Shown: positions 12,871-26,704, numbered from the stretch's first letter. The stretch is DNA of 64,000 nt from Oopsacas minuta (GCA_024704765.1 JAKMXF010000304.1:81296-145295); one strand, 5' to 3'. Translations and numbers: made by a program. Notes: generated from the sequence alone by a model not told the origin.

Positions 12871-14029
12871 CTATTTAGTGGTAAGAATTAAAGGATATGT
12901 ACTATTGCAAGTAATATGTGTTTATAAAATTGTACTAACCATTTGTAGAAGATGAAAGTGGGCTAGAATATATATGAATATATACAACATTCAGTTCGGA
13001 AATACTGAGCTCTTCAACACGCCTACGTTTAGTGAGAGTTTACATCGCATTCTCAGACAAATGTAGTTAGTTACTTTCATTGCAAATATGTTGTATCCAA
13101 TGAAAGAAGATTGAATACTCTCGAATAGTATTTAGTTGTATATATACTATTTAACCACGTTGTAACAAACACTGGTAGAAGGCATGTAACCACAAATAAT
13201 TGTCACTAGATTGTCCATACTAAAGAAACCAAATTGTTGTTATTCAAAAGTCTTGATGGGGTTGATAGTTAATTGTAGCATACTTATGCAGTCTTATTAA
13301 CTTCTTACGATCATGATCTGTGTTCATTTTGTCATATGAAGTAAGGAGAGGCCTAGTGTAGTAACTCATGACCAAGATAACCATTGAAAATTCTTTTTCT
13401 AGTGACGCTTTAGACTTAGATGTGGTTGTATCAGAATAATATTGAGCTTGCTTCAGTTCTATACTTGCTTGTTCAATTTTGAGCGCTTCGCAAAACTTCC
13501 AAATAGTAGGGTGATGTGACGCGACTGTTAAAGACAAGGTCCTTTGCCAGGCTTCAACAACATTTATAGTTGTAGGTATTCCGTAAACCACTAGATGGAA
13601 ATTGTTACACATTATATTGGAAATAGTGGTGGATGAAATATTCGAAATTCATCATATTTCCCACATAGTTGCCCTCAAAATATATGTATATAGGTATTGC
13701 TTCAGGAGGAAATTGGGATTTGAGAGTTTCACAGCTGTAAAAACAAAATGAAGATGGTAGGTAAGCCAAAGCTGGTAACAACTTAACATTAGTGAAATTC
13801 TGCATCATTTGAATGGTGTTTTTAATCCTAATTCTTGGATTTTCCTGTGTGCAGATTATTCAAGGCGGAAAAAGCATCCTTTGATGAAAGTTATAGGCCA
13901 ACTTCTTTGAAAATATTAATCGGTGCTATTTCAAAATCTACCAATAAGGCACTGTTGATTAGAGTCAGGACACAACTGCCTAATCACCTGGCACATTCTT
14001 CGGTAACTTACAGATCTCTTCCTTGGAAG

Positions 14030-14032
<3 letters not shown>

Positions 14033-14074
<42 letters not shown>
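14033..14074. repeat. (TA)21 microsatellite
   Basis: Direct reading. A further (TA)7 lies at 14309-14322 on the other side of the MITE. Confidence 0.97.
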
Positions 14075-14077
<3 letters not shown>

Positions 14078-14308
14078 TAAACTGGGGCTACTTTGGCCCA
14101 CTGGGTTTGCTTTATCCCAAATATCAAAGTTTCAAAGTAACTAGATTAGATTCAGTATTATACTTGAAAATAACTTGCCAAATTTTTAACGAATTTTCTA
14201 ATATCGGTAGACAATTCGAATACAAATACAATATCTATTCGATAGGTAAGCAAATTTCAATATTTGGCTAAAGCAAACCCAGTGGGCCAATGTGGCCCCA
14301 GTTTACGG
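14075..14308. mobile_element. 234-bp MITE embedded in a (TA)n tract
   Basis: ~50-bp TIRs CAGTAAACTGGGGCTACTTTGGCCCACTGGGTTTGCTTTA / TAAAGCAAACCCAGTGGGCCAATGTGGCCCCAGTTTACGG, flanked by TA repeats. Confidence 0.88.
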
Positions 14309-15503
14309 TATATATATATATATCGAAGGCAATAAGTGTTAATCACGAAAAGGGTAAACTCCTCCAACCGGTACATGAATGGTATAGAGTTGTGCAAAGA
14401 GACTAAGAGCCACCTTCAATGTGACATCTGACATCGAAATTGATGCAAAGGAGAGAATTTTTGTTTTTTCAGATCCAAAAATGATTATCCTACCAATTCC
14501 CGGTCCGGTATTGAAGAACAATAGCTATTGCAGTCTAATGATTTTAGATTTGAAACTACGTGAAGATCGAAAAGAGAGGTAGGATTAGTTGGCATAGGTC
14601 TTATCCTTTGGCAAAGTTTCTTTAAGCTTTTTTCAGGTGGAAAAGTGTTTTTTCCATATCGGTTAGTTTCCCTGATGCTCTGGAATGGTTCGATGAGGAT
14701 TATCATGGGATTCTAGGGCCGTATTTAACCCAGTTGCGAAATTCCAAAACTTCTTCTTTCCCTATTTCTTCCGATGTTGGCCTATGATTTTACGATAGAG
14801 GTTCAGACATTATGGATGCGACCATTACAATTTTTAGATTGACAACGCCAGGGTTTTGTGACATTGCTGTGCGCTGTAAGTTATAAATATATCTATCATA
14901 TGACAATTTGTCTCGCCCTCTTGAAGATTTGATTAATATAATTCTGAATTCTGATTTGTTTCACTTGTGCCTGAATTGTTTACTGCTGTGTTGTGTCTAA
15001 TTGTGGTGGGTCATTTCAGATTTCAAGATATAGCTATCCATCGTTATGATATAATTCATATCCGAGCAAAGCATTTTCCAATTCTATTGCCTTTTCTGCA
15101 GCTTCTTTCTGCAAGAGATCCATCTGTGGTTGTCAACTGTGGTGATAATTATGGAGATCTGATAGTTTCCCCTGTATTCCTACATTATCGATGAACGTAA
15201 CATCTTCATCGCCAGCCCAAGTTATTATTCTTCCATATTCTTGGTGATCCCCCATTTTATCAATGCTACTTTCACGCAGTCAGAATTCAATTTGATCTTG
15301 TATCCCACTTTAGGGTAGGTTTGTAAGGGTAACAAATTTTCATCCAGTCCAAGTGATATTTGTTGGAGGGGATATTGTGTATTTCTCAAGGGAAGAAGAA
15401 TGGCTATCACGACTTCAAACGGCTTCTTCATCAGTCCATAGGTTGGTAGGGTGGTAGAACAATTTGGACTTCCTTTACCAACTATAAATATATAATTAGC
15501 GTT

Positions 15504-16446
15504 GACGGAAAGATGGCCTTGGGTAAATTTCGTCGCAATTAGTCGCAAGGAGTATTGGTCGCTGGGGGATATTATGATCATAGAAACCATATTGTTAAAG
15601 ATAAATTGGTCTTGATATTCGACTCATTGTTATTATGATGTCACTTTTGTTTAACTTTGTTATTATCTGAACGACTATATATTTAGTTTAGACGCTATAC
15701 CATTTGGTTATTAAAGGAAATGATATTGGGTTTTTGTAGTTTAATTTCACATTTTCATGTTAACTTTACCTACCTCGATTCCTCTGATGGCCTCTGAATT
15801 GATTCATTAATGGCTTAAGAGCATCAAAAATAAAGATAAGCTTCCCTAATGTGTTACATTTATGCCTTAAACCGAGTATCTGATGATCTTTCATTTTGGG
15901 TATTTGAAAACGTGGTACATGCAAGCTAGTATTCTTACGAGGAATGATATTATAGTCAAGCCCGTGATAGTATCCGAAATTCAGCAAGTTCATACACGTA
16001 CGCCCTCATAGGATCGTGTACAGATGCTAAAGGATTATGGAAAAATGGAAGAGATAGCATCTAATTCTAAGCAAAGCACTAGACATATATTATCCATAGG
16101 TACAAGAGAATTGAGAAATAGTTCTGAAGAATATATTGGGAATTTTGTCCTAAAAATCTGAAAATGATAATATTTTAATGGTGTTCATCTCGCACATAAG
16201 CTCTAATCCTCATGCAATTTCAACATACGATAATAATAGCTTGTATTCATCTTGTACGCCATTTCATCTCTAAATATTATGCACATTCGAAGCTAATTGT
16301 TCGGGCTAGGTTTTTTGGCCCACCCTGGAACTATATTTTGTTATTATTCGAAACAACAGAAGTAAATGACTATATTTCCTGCCTAAAATTTCATCCGACC
16401 ATTTTTCCGCGACCAATTTTTCCGGCCATCTTTCCGTCATTCACTC
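15504..16446. repeat. Possible non-autonomous element bounded by short inverted repeats
   Basis: TGACGGAAAGATGGCC near 15504 has its complement near 16430-16446, next to MULE-like subterminal repeats (16400-16440). No TSD found. Confidence 0.35.
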
Positions 16447-18026
16447 TACATGTGTAAATGTCGTTGCTTTCTCATTCGTACTTTTTGGATGAAAACTTTA
16501 TACCACGATCACTTTTGGTCAGTCCCTTTTGTAGCCGTTTTAGACAAGTTAGACTGTGAACCCCAATTGCTCTATATTGGTTGTCTATATATGCTATGTA
16601 CTTGAACCCTTGCTATTTGACAAAATGTTTCTGCTGTTTATTTTGCAATTTGTAGCACAGAGAGTGTTTTTGTGCATCACACCTTGGTACTTGTAAGTAA
16701 TGGATTCGCACAAGTGTTCTCTGATGAAAGTCATTTGTTGTTACTAATATAAACATTCCATCCGACATACTGGTGTGCAGCTCAGGATAACTTGTTTTAT
16801 TCTTTTTAGAAGGGCACATCCCCCGACCCATGTAGATACCTAAATTCACCAGACCCCATCTGATATTGGGCTCCTAGATCTGAGATATGTTTCCGGATAG
16901 TCAATGTTTTTAGTCTACTACGGTACTTAATGTATTATCCTCAAATTCACTGATATTATTCCGAATAATTCTTGCAATTGGCGCGTGTGTCTAACTTTTG
17001 AAACGAAATCTCTAGCATCATTTCAAAAATATGTAAAAAGTTGTGAAAATAATCATATGATGATCATGTGGTATAAATTTGAAAATGTGAAATTTGAAAC
17101 CTACACATTCGATTACCCTTGACTAGCAGTTAAAACAAAATATCTAGATGATTGTGATTACTATGTCAGAAGGTGTGAAATATGATTGATCATATAAGTA
17201 TCATTAGATATAGATTTGTAATTGCAAAATTTGAAATCTGCTCACTCAAATACACTTGACTAGCAATTGTAACGAAATTTATGACATCATTTGAATAATA
17301 TGCAAATAACTATATATATTTAATAACTCGTAGAATACTTTTTAAACTTCTAGAATGAAATATCCTGTGAGATTAGGGAGAAATTAGCCCTTGTCACGTG
17401 TTTTGTCATTTATCATTGTCAAGATACCTCAACAGTCCCATCTCTTTCCGGGTTTAGTCACCCCTATTTTGTTTGTTAACCGAATTACATATCAATTGTT
17501 GGCAGTTTGATTATTCAGTACTACTATTAGTTCCATTGATGTATGTTCGTAACCTACCTTATATTATGTCATATGTTCATTACTTGAAAATGAAGTAGTG
17601 AAGTTGATTGACATTCATCCTTAATCCGAATTTTATGTCCGTGAACAGGCTCTTGTCCCATTTGTCACGGTCTGATTTACATTTCTAGAGAAAAGACCGA
17701 GGTGTGCACTGTTCAGTACTATATAGTTGCAACTCTTAATATTAGTGTAATTATATGTGTACAATTGATGAACTGGGCTAAAATATCTACAGTAGATATC
17801 AAAAGTGTTAACCGAAAGTAAGACGTACTTTCAGTTAGTACGCTCTGTTCTCGAAAAGGATCATCAATTTGTATTAATTGTATAGGAAACCTTTTCCGAT
17901 AAGACGGACTTAGAGGGGCACGTCGCAACAGAGTTTTACTGTATATATAACCGCCTTGTCTATTCCTGTAAATATTTTACCTAGATTTATTGCTTTTCAA
18001 TGGTATATATATTTTATCCCTTAGTT

Positions 18027-18677
18027 ATGTCAAGGGATCCAATTAGCACCTCGCCTTCACTTGATTCTTCTACTCATGATGTTCCAAAACCTTTCTCGTT
18101 CACCGATATTGGATCTGCTAATGATCAATTTGAAATTGTTTTGGATCAGGTTGAGGATAAAGAACTAGAAGAAATCAAAGAAAAGATGAAACAAATGGAA
18201 GAAGAGGCTCTACAATTGAAAGAAATGCAAAACGAAGTCGAGAAACAGATGGAAATTGCTACTAAGTCTTCTCTTCAATCTTATCCAACTCTAGAGGAAA
18301 AAATGGAAATTGATACACGCTCTGTATATATAGGAAATGTAGATTATTCTACAACAGGTGAAGAACTTGGGTCTCATTTTCAGGATTGTGGTGCAGTTGT
18401 GCGTGTTACAATAAACTATGATAAACATTCTGGTGCTCCAAAGGGTTATGCCTATATCGAATTTGCTGAAAAGATTGGTGCTATAAATGCTGTGGCGTTA
18501 GATGAATCGTTGTTTAAAGGCCGACAACTAAAGGTTCTTTCCAAAAGAACAAATCTGCCAGGAATTTCTCAAACTCGTAGTCGTTCTCGTAGGCCTAGGC
18601 GAGGTCGTGGATTTTTTGCTTATAGGGGTATACGGACTCGCGGGAGATCAAAGCGTCCATGGTATTCACCATATTAG
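18027..18677 (+). CDS. PABPN1: Nuclear polyadenylate-binding protein 2 (PABPN1-like), single exon
   Basis: Coiled coil ELEEIKEKMKQMEEEALQLKEMQNEVEKQM, RRM (RSVYIGNVDY; PKGYAYIEF; LDESLFKGRQLKV, KRTNLPG), RG-rich tail and terminal PWYSPY. An alternative in-frame ATG lies at 18000. Confidence 0.95.
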   Translation: MSRDPISTSPSLDSSTHDVPKPFSFTDIGSANDQFEIVLDQVEDKELEEIKEKMKQMEEEALQLKEMQNEVEKQMEIATKSSLQSYPTLEEKMEIDTRSVYIGNVDYSTTGEELGSHFQDCGAVVRVTINYDKHSGAPKGYAYIEFAEKIGAINAVALDESLFKGRQLKVLSKRTNLPGISQTRSRSRRPRRGRGFFAYRGIRTRGRSKRPWYSPY

Positions 18678-18955
18678 TCCCAATAATTTCTCTTCTACTC
18701 CTCATGAGTTGTTTGTCTTTTGATTTCATGCTTATTTTATCATTAAATGTCATTTCTATAGATACCTTCACCTTCCCGTTAGTATCCAAGAATTTCATTA
18801 CATCGTATCTAATGATTAATGGTAATATCTCCTGCTATTTTGTTAAGATTTTATACAGCTCTCCTCAAATCTGCATATTTACATGAAAACCTTAATATAT
18901 ACTAGACCCATCTGAATTGTATCACTTCTCTCTATTTTACCCTATACTCCTGTTA

Positions 18956-19077
18956 CATGATTAAGCAATATTTAGATTACATCTATATACAAACTGGGTG
19001 AGATTGAAACTATTTTGGATAGTTACAATCCCACCCAGTTTTATATAGATTTTAATCTAAATATTTCTTTACTCATG
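18956..19077. repeat. ~120-bp imperfect hairpin downstream of PABPN1
   Basis: Arms of ~58 bp (CATGATTAAGCAATATTTAGATTACATCTATATACAAACTGGGTGAGATTGAAACTAT and a near-complement) around a 5-nt loop TTTGG. Confidence 0.85.
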
Positions 19078-22000
19078 CATTAGGAAAATTTTAGTTGGTG
19101 AACAGGCCTTAACCAGTGAAATGTGCCAAGTGTCTGAGACATAACCAATTTCTTTATTTAACAAGAATCACCTGTATTTCACTATTTTGCGTAAATATTA
19201 TCGGTTATATTCTGGGTTAATCATACTACTGTTAGGAGCATGAACTATCCAGCCAGAGGAAACATACATATAGTGTGTTACAATATTACCTTCACAAAAA
19301 AGTGTAACCCGTGGTCACTACTAAAATTTGGGTTGTTCAGACTATAGCATTTTATATCTGTATTAGTCATTATGGCGTCTAAAGAAATTTATTATTTGGA
19401 CTTCGAGGTTGAAACTGCCAGTAACATCAACATGAGCAGCTCGAAACCTTTCGCCCCACCTGGAAGTCTATTTCTTGTAATACCATATTAAGGCTGTGTT
19501 TGCAGATATTTTAATTCAAAAGATCCAACAGAGGGTCATTTATAGTATTAGCACTATTTTATTTGTATTTAGAGCAAAAAACTGATTTCGTTGTAGTTTG
19601 TATAATATGAATTAACTTTAACGGTTTATCGTTAACATCCGTTAATTTTTAATGAATTAACGGATTAATCGTTAAGAATTTAATTTATGGGCTATCTTAA
19701 TAACGATTAACGCATTAACTTTTTGATTAACTATGCCCGCTTTTGGTATAGAGATAGCAATGCAGATATAGAATCTTCCTATTTGTTAACCACCTTCAAA
19801 AATTATTAGGTGGCGGACACTTCGTTTTGTCGCTGCCTTTTGGTCTAATAAAATTTCATTGGATATAGATATTATTGTCGGTTTCATTGGGTAAATGTCC
19901 CCCTATAGTAATTTCCTTTTCCGGGATTAAATACTATGTAGTTTTTACTACCCATGAAGAATACAACATGGTATCCTCCCTACCTTGCCCAATTATACGT
20001 AATGTGATTCAGATTTACTACCGGAATAGTGACCAGGGTACACATATCATCGAATAAATGCTTAATTCATATAACAGCGAGATATTTCCGTGAATAAGCG
20101 CCGGGGGCCAGAAAAGCCTCCAAGAGTTATGAATATAAATTTATCACCAGCTTATAAAATAATTTTTTGCAGAAATTTATGTCTCATTTGACTCCATCCA
20201 ACAAATTACCAAACCCTGGTGATCATGGATGTCATATTTTTCGAGTAGACCAGTAGTCTCTAGTGTTATGGCCAAATCATCCTAGCGAAATATTTTATAG
20301 ACCTTATTTGTTGGTCGTTATTTAATGATTTCGTGTCCCAGGGCTCGAATCTAATTTGAGCACTCTCACTTAAATATTTTGCAGAGCAACGAAAGTAGTT
20401 AAATAGACACATGTCACATTGTTACATAGTCTACTGACAAACATATACTAGATATTCTGACTACGGTGAAACCTCCGTAATCAGACAGCTGATTTTGTAT
20501 AGAAAACAACCTTGATAATCCGGAATACGAAATTTTAACGATAATCGAGTAATATAAATTCGATCTGTATTTTTCAACATTTTTTTCGTTCGTTTTCAAA
20601 TAATGTCGGATTATGGAGATTGTTTTACCTTTATAATCTGACATTTTTTCCTCTCAAATTGAGTGTCGGGTTATTGAAGTTCCACTGTACTTGTCACCTT
20701 CTCGACCTCATTATTGACAAAGTACTACTGTATGATCTTATGTAAGCTCCTGAGAAAATAATTATTCCGTCTAATGGGCATTTTATTAGGGAAGGTAAAG
20801 CTCCCTTTACCAGCCAGGGGCGATAACCTAGAATAACCTGTATTAGAACGAATACGGTATTCGATACTTTTCAGATAATACATTTTTTAACTCGTTTGCT
20901 GGACCAATGAATTCTTTATTTTTAAGTCTCAAGCAATCCCATCCTTCTATTTTTATACATCTTTCAGTTCTTTGACCTACTTCTTTACGTCTCCGATCTT
21001 ACAATGTAAATAATTGCGAGTTCAATAGCGATTTATATCTAGAAAGATATACTTTGTGTGGTATATCTTTCTAAATTTCATTCTCAATGATTTCCAGACC
21101 CCACAATTATATATTAACATTGAATTTATGGGGTGCACTGATTCAGATGGAATGTATTTTCTACATAATTCATTTTTGTTATAACATTCTTTATATTCTT
21201 TCTAATTAAGTAGTATTATATTATGAAGTATCTTATGCTATTCTGTATACGTATTGTTAGTCAAGTTTCAAGTTCAGGTTTAGCGGAAATTTTTATTTCA
21301 ATTTTTCCACTTTCTTCCAAATTTACTTTCAATTTCATACTATTGCTCCAGTAAATTGATATGTGTACGACAAATATGTGTTCAATACCGATACTTTGTT
21401 GAATTATTCCTTATATGCTTCACTTTTGCTAATTTCACTATCGCATTTGTATGATCGTATTCAAAATATTAGGATTCTAAAAACTCTATGCAGTGTACCC
21501 CCACTCGCAAATAGGGTTGCCATTCTAAAATGCATCATTTTTTCACATGAACCGTTTTCTCATGAAATGCCTCTAATAGTTCTTGTGAATATGTCCGAAA
21601 GAAAGCTACTTTAATGTAGTAGTATTTTCTGATATAGGGCGAAATTGATGTGGCATAATCCCAACATTACATCACCAAAACCACAATCTTCGTTATTGGC
21701 TGATAATCTGTGGGAATCTGAGTTATGAAACTACGAATCATACAGTACTAGTATGCTTCGCTTGCTAGGTCGCTGCGCAACAGATTAATGCTAATTTTGC
21801 TATTTAATCCTTCAGGTTGGCTTAAGGGTTAAATAACTAAATTTCTTGATGGTTTGAGACGTTACCCGATCGAGTATTTCCTCGGCACTATGTGCCTCGA
21901 TGATAATTTGTTTGGAAATGTTTAATTTTTCTTATCCATGGTTCATCTAAATTCCATTATAATGACCTTCTGATACTGGAGCTGCTACGTGGCTTTTGGC

Positions 22001-22567
22001 TAGTAAGACGGGACCTTTATGCCTCAGGTATTTCTTCAATCAATTCTGGCATATAACCATATATATTCACATATATAGATTAATCGCGTTTTAATAGATT
22101 CGATACGTGGTTGTATATCTAGCCCCTTACAATGTCTAACCCTGCTTCCTATATATAGCACCGATTATGAAATATTTGTGATATACAACGCCTATAATAT
22201 ATGTACCGTCATAAATATGCATTAAATTTTATTTTATTGGTGATATCTACCTTTAGTATTTAACTTTAAGTGCTTAGGTATCTGTCTTACTTGTTTATAT
22301 AACTGGCTGCTTCATAACTCCTAAACCCACAGATTCCCTGCTGATATACGAAGGTCGTGGTATTGGTGATGTATTATTGGGATGACGTACACCTATTTCA
22401 CTTTATCTCATAAATATTCCTCCAATCAAGTATCTTTCTTTCGGACCAGAGGCAGATCCAGACCCGAACAGAGTTGGGAGAGGGGGACAAAGACTATCAA
22501 AAGGTTTTAGCCTCTTCAAGTTTCTGACAAAATATTCAGCATAGAATCTAATAATGGCTCATAATAA

Positions 22568-24844
22568 TCTATATTATTAAATCTCAATTGTTGTTTGTTT
22601 GTCTGTTTGTTTGTCATTTTGCAAGGAAAAGATTTACGGTATGCAGTTTTGATATTGTCGCATAACTATGTATATATCGTATTTATCATGGAAGTAAATA
22701 GAATTCAATAAAACTTAACTAATTATATCGAAGATGGCGAATACGATTTTCACAATTTTGGATTAATCATACATATGTAAATTTATTGTTGATTTTTTGA
22801 ATATAAAGTAATCAAATTATCCAAATCTCAAAATGTACGTACAGGCTAGCTCTAAACGGCTACTCAGGGGTAACTAAGTATGCTAAATCCAAATTTCGCA
22901 TTTTCAAGTTTCTCATATGTAAATTTATTGTTACTTTATGATTATAAAGTAAACACATTAGGTAAATTTCAGAATATATATTTGCAGGTTTCCTCAAAAC
23001 GGCTACACAGGGTTGACAGAATACCCTGAACCAGAATTTCGCGTTTTCCAGTTACTCATATGTAAATATGTTGTTGTTTTATGAATATAAAGTAAGTAAA
23101 TTTCAAAATTGAGGCAGAATCATACTTACAACGGCTATAATAGAAAAATCAAGTATGCTGAGCCCAAATATGTTACTCTAAACTACATATTGTGAATATT
23201 TGTTTGCTTTTAGGTATATAGGTAAACAAACTCCAAAATTGTGGTAGAATAATACTTTCAACGACTATACAGGGGTAGTCGAGTATGCTGAGTCCGAATA
23301 TGGTATTGTATAAACAACATCTATATTATTAAATCTCAATTATTTGTCCATTGATATATAATTGTAATGTTGTTTTTATGAATGGGCTTGCTCTAAACGG
23401 CTACGGAGGGGTAACCTAGTACGCTGAATCCAGATTTTGCATTTTTAGGTTTCTCATATATAAATTTATTGTAGTTTTTATGAATATATAGGAATTAAAT
23501 TAGCAAAATCTCAAAATTGACATGGGTACTGGCTCTCAACGGCTACACAGGGGGAGAATAATGAATACCTCGAGGCGCAATCGCTGAGTTCATCGCTAAG
23601 TGACGAGCCTGAGGCTCGTTTAATAAATATCCTCATATACGCAGATAGATACGAAAACCATTAATATGAATGTGACAATACCAAAAATTATCGAACACTG
23701 TTCACATCATTCATAAAATGGATAAAAGGAGAGGCCTCAAGTCACCCGCTGCCTCCCCCCTTGTAACCGACACTATTTCGGACATATTCAAGAACTATTT
23801 GTAGCATTACAAGAGATAATACAAATGGGTTAAAATGATTCATTTAAGTAACTCTATTTTGCGTATGAGGTCTGACGATGGACAGCTTTGAAATCCAAAT
23901 ATTTTGAATGCAACCAGACCAATCGGATCGCAAAATAGTCGAAAGCGAAACTTATAGGGAATATTTCAATGAAGTATTTTCATTGAACATTTATATGTCG
24001 TATACATATCTTAAAACCCCGCCTGATGGAGAGAAAGTGATAAAATTTAAGGAATCAGGATAGTTGAAAAGGTGTGGAAATTTTTCAAACAGCAAAATTA
24101 TTCTTGACTTGTGTTATTAATTACATGGAAATACTACTGATTATGCTATTGTCCCGTTTCCAGAAGTGCAACTGAATATCTTGATGCCAATTTGGAAATC
24201 TACTAAGTCGATTTATCTTATATGACTACATTTTAATGAATATCTTCAGTGCAGTATCTATTACCCCTATATGACCATTTTGCCATACTGTAGATTGTTC
24301 TGACGCTGTTATGAAATGTTCATATATTGTATTATTGATTGCACTACTGCCTCTGGGCCATTATTCTTAGTATTATCTAAGTATGGGAACTCGAGTATAC
24401 AATTGCTCTCAAACACTTAATGTGTAATCATGTACTCTTTTTGGGATTTCGAAATTTCAAGTTTCTCATCTGCAAATTTATAGTTATTTTTATGAATATT
24501 TAGTAAGCAAATACTTGAAATTCCAAAATATACTTAGAGACTTGATCTTAACAGATATATAGGGGTAATCAAGTACACTTAATCCGAAAATGATATTTTC
24601 AAATTGTGAATATTAGTAATTTTCTTGGTGTATATTGTAAACAATTTCAATTCATCTTAGGAACTTGTTTTCAACTGTTATAATGTGGTAATCGTGTACG
24701 TTTATTCCAAATATGAATTTATCACCAGCGCATTGTGAATATGTTGCTGCTTCTTTACTTTGCTTAAATCAAGGCACAAAGTGCCAAACCCCAAACAAAC
24801 AAAGTGTTCGCAAGGCGAGCATCGCAAGTGAGCAAGTATGCTAG
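22568..24844 (+). mobile_element. Non-autonomous Helitron-like element with internal tandem repeats
   Basis: Starts A|TCTATATTATTAAATCTC followed by a (TGTT/TGTC)n tract, contains repeated ~150-200-bp units (AACGGCTAC..GGGGTAA..TATGCTGA..CC) and ends in a GC-rich segment + CTAG|T. A second start motif lies near 23320. Confidence 0.6.
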
Positions 24845-24994
24845 TTCTTTATACAATACCTAAATATTATGTGCAATAGAAAACCTATATAACATAGCAT
24901 TTATACTATGTAGAAAACTAATTTTGTCTTAAATCCAATATTTGTAATTACCAAGTCATATATCTTAATTTAGTATTCAGCTTAGATTCCTAAT

Positions 24995-26704
24995 GGAATT
25001 CTGGAGATACCCAATTATCAGATGCATGTTTCAAGTCAGGAATTTCGTCATATTCGATGATATATGGATAATTGCCATGATAAAGTTATAAGGTTCCAGA
25101 GTTATCGTATTGACCGTGGATGACACATTTCTGCAAATATTCACCTATAACTTGACAACCATTAATATTATGGCCAATCGTCTTACAAACATATGGTATA
25201 TATCCGACTTCCCATGCCCTTATAATACGTTTTGACATGATATTTCTGACAATTTTGATGCAATCTTCAAAACGACCATTTATAGTATCGTTGATGACTG
25301 TGCAGTAATCAAGATATGATATCAAAATGAGGTATTAAGGTATGGGAAGACGGGCACAGTGGGTAAATAAGTGAAAATAGGGTAAAAAATTGATGTACTC
25401 AAATCCGAATATTTTGTTTTAACTAAATTCCTTACTCCCTAAAACCTAGGCAGCCAAATTTAGAGACTTCAATGTGTTGAGTAATTTTGCTCCAACAGAA
25501 TGTATATTTATGAGGTCAAAAATAGCATTTAATATTTGTAGTAACCACACAAGTGTAATTGTGGTAAAAATGCTAGACTAGTGACAGTAAGCAAAAATTG
25601 CTATTTCAATGCAAAGTATATGCACTTAGATGTATTTCTTTCATGTATCAGACCTTGGTTCTTAGTAGACTAAAGAAATTTTGCAAAATACTTTCTATTA
25701 GTTTCCCGCCTGTTCGGACGAATTTTATTTTGTAGATATAGTGTTGAAATATATCGTGGGCAAATGATTTTAAGTTTTTAAATTAATGCTAAATCCATTA
25801 GCTCAAATTTAACATAATTTCCAGGGGGCCCGAAATAAAGCGACGGTGACGATTTTTCAAATTCTATCTAGGCCTCTTGATATTTTTTGAAATTTCACAT
25901 TTTTCCTAAATTTTCATTATTTTTTCTTAAAATACATTACAGAAATAATGAATAACTGAAGCTTTCGACTTTCTCTGCTCTCAACCATCAGTTAGAGTGG
26001 CATATGCTCACTAGATAATTGTTTTAAATCACTTCTTTTAGTTTCTTTTTACTGATAGTAGACGATAGAGACTATATAATTTGGATTATTCAATCTAACA
26101 ACATGAAATATGTTATTGTAACTCAAGTGGCTAGGGATTGTTTTAAATTGTTAGTTTGCGAATATGTACATCGTTCTAACTTCACTATACTACAATAGAT
26201 TAGGGTGGAATTTCACACAGGAAACTAGAGGGTTCTTTTATCTCCATTGTTTGAAGAATAATTTTTAAGCGCAACATGGGTTACGAACATTATCAACTTA
26301 TGCGACCATAAATTTCATATCTACAAATTTGTCAGAAATCAAGTCTAAATCGTGTTAAATACCATTTATACATCAAATTTATTGTTTCCAATCGATTTTT
26401 TAGCATCGTTTTACTTTAAGCGAAATATTCGCTTATGTAGCTATTATATACATGCCTATTTGGACTAAAGCACCCATTTGTGCCCACTGTTACGGGTATA
26501 TGTCATATGTTGCAAGATGATTGGCCATAACATTTAAGGTTCTCAAGTTACAGGTGAATATTAGCAGAAATGTGTAATCCATGGTCCTTACTATAACCCT
26601 GAAACCTGAGAACTTTAATATGGCAATTATCTATACACAACATCGAATATGAGGAAATTCCTGACTTGAAACATGCATCTGTCAAATTGTATCTCCAGAA
26701 TTCC
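24995..26704. mobile_element. Fold-back/long-TIR non-autonomous element (host of the Transib insertion)
   Basis: ~200-bp imperfect inverted repeats starting GGAATTCTGGAGATAC (24995) and ending GTATCTCCAGAATTCC (26704). Confidence 0.75.
25355..26491. mobile_element. Non-autonomous Transib/RAG1L-type element (1137 bp)
   Basis: Ends CACAGTGGG... / ...CCCACTGTT with exact 5-bp TSD ACGGG (25350-54, 26492-96). AATAG lies 14 nt (left) and 24 nt (right) from the heptamer. Confidence 0.9.

Larger units (their letters stand above)
13244..14960 (-). pseudogene. FLYWCH + MULE (Mutator-like) transposase pseudogene
   Basis: Pieces read LIKSSRGRDKL...WRCQSKNCNGRIH (FLYWCH), IIIFGS...SDVTLKVALSLFAQLYTIH and TTINVVEAWQR...HHPTIWKFCEALKIEQ. 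Similar to the 42973 MULE protein. Confidence 0.85.

Noticed and set aside
14023-14271. ORF with IYIYIY repeat
   Set aside because: Translation of (TA)n plus a MITE.
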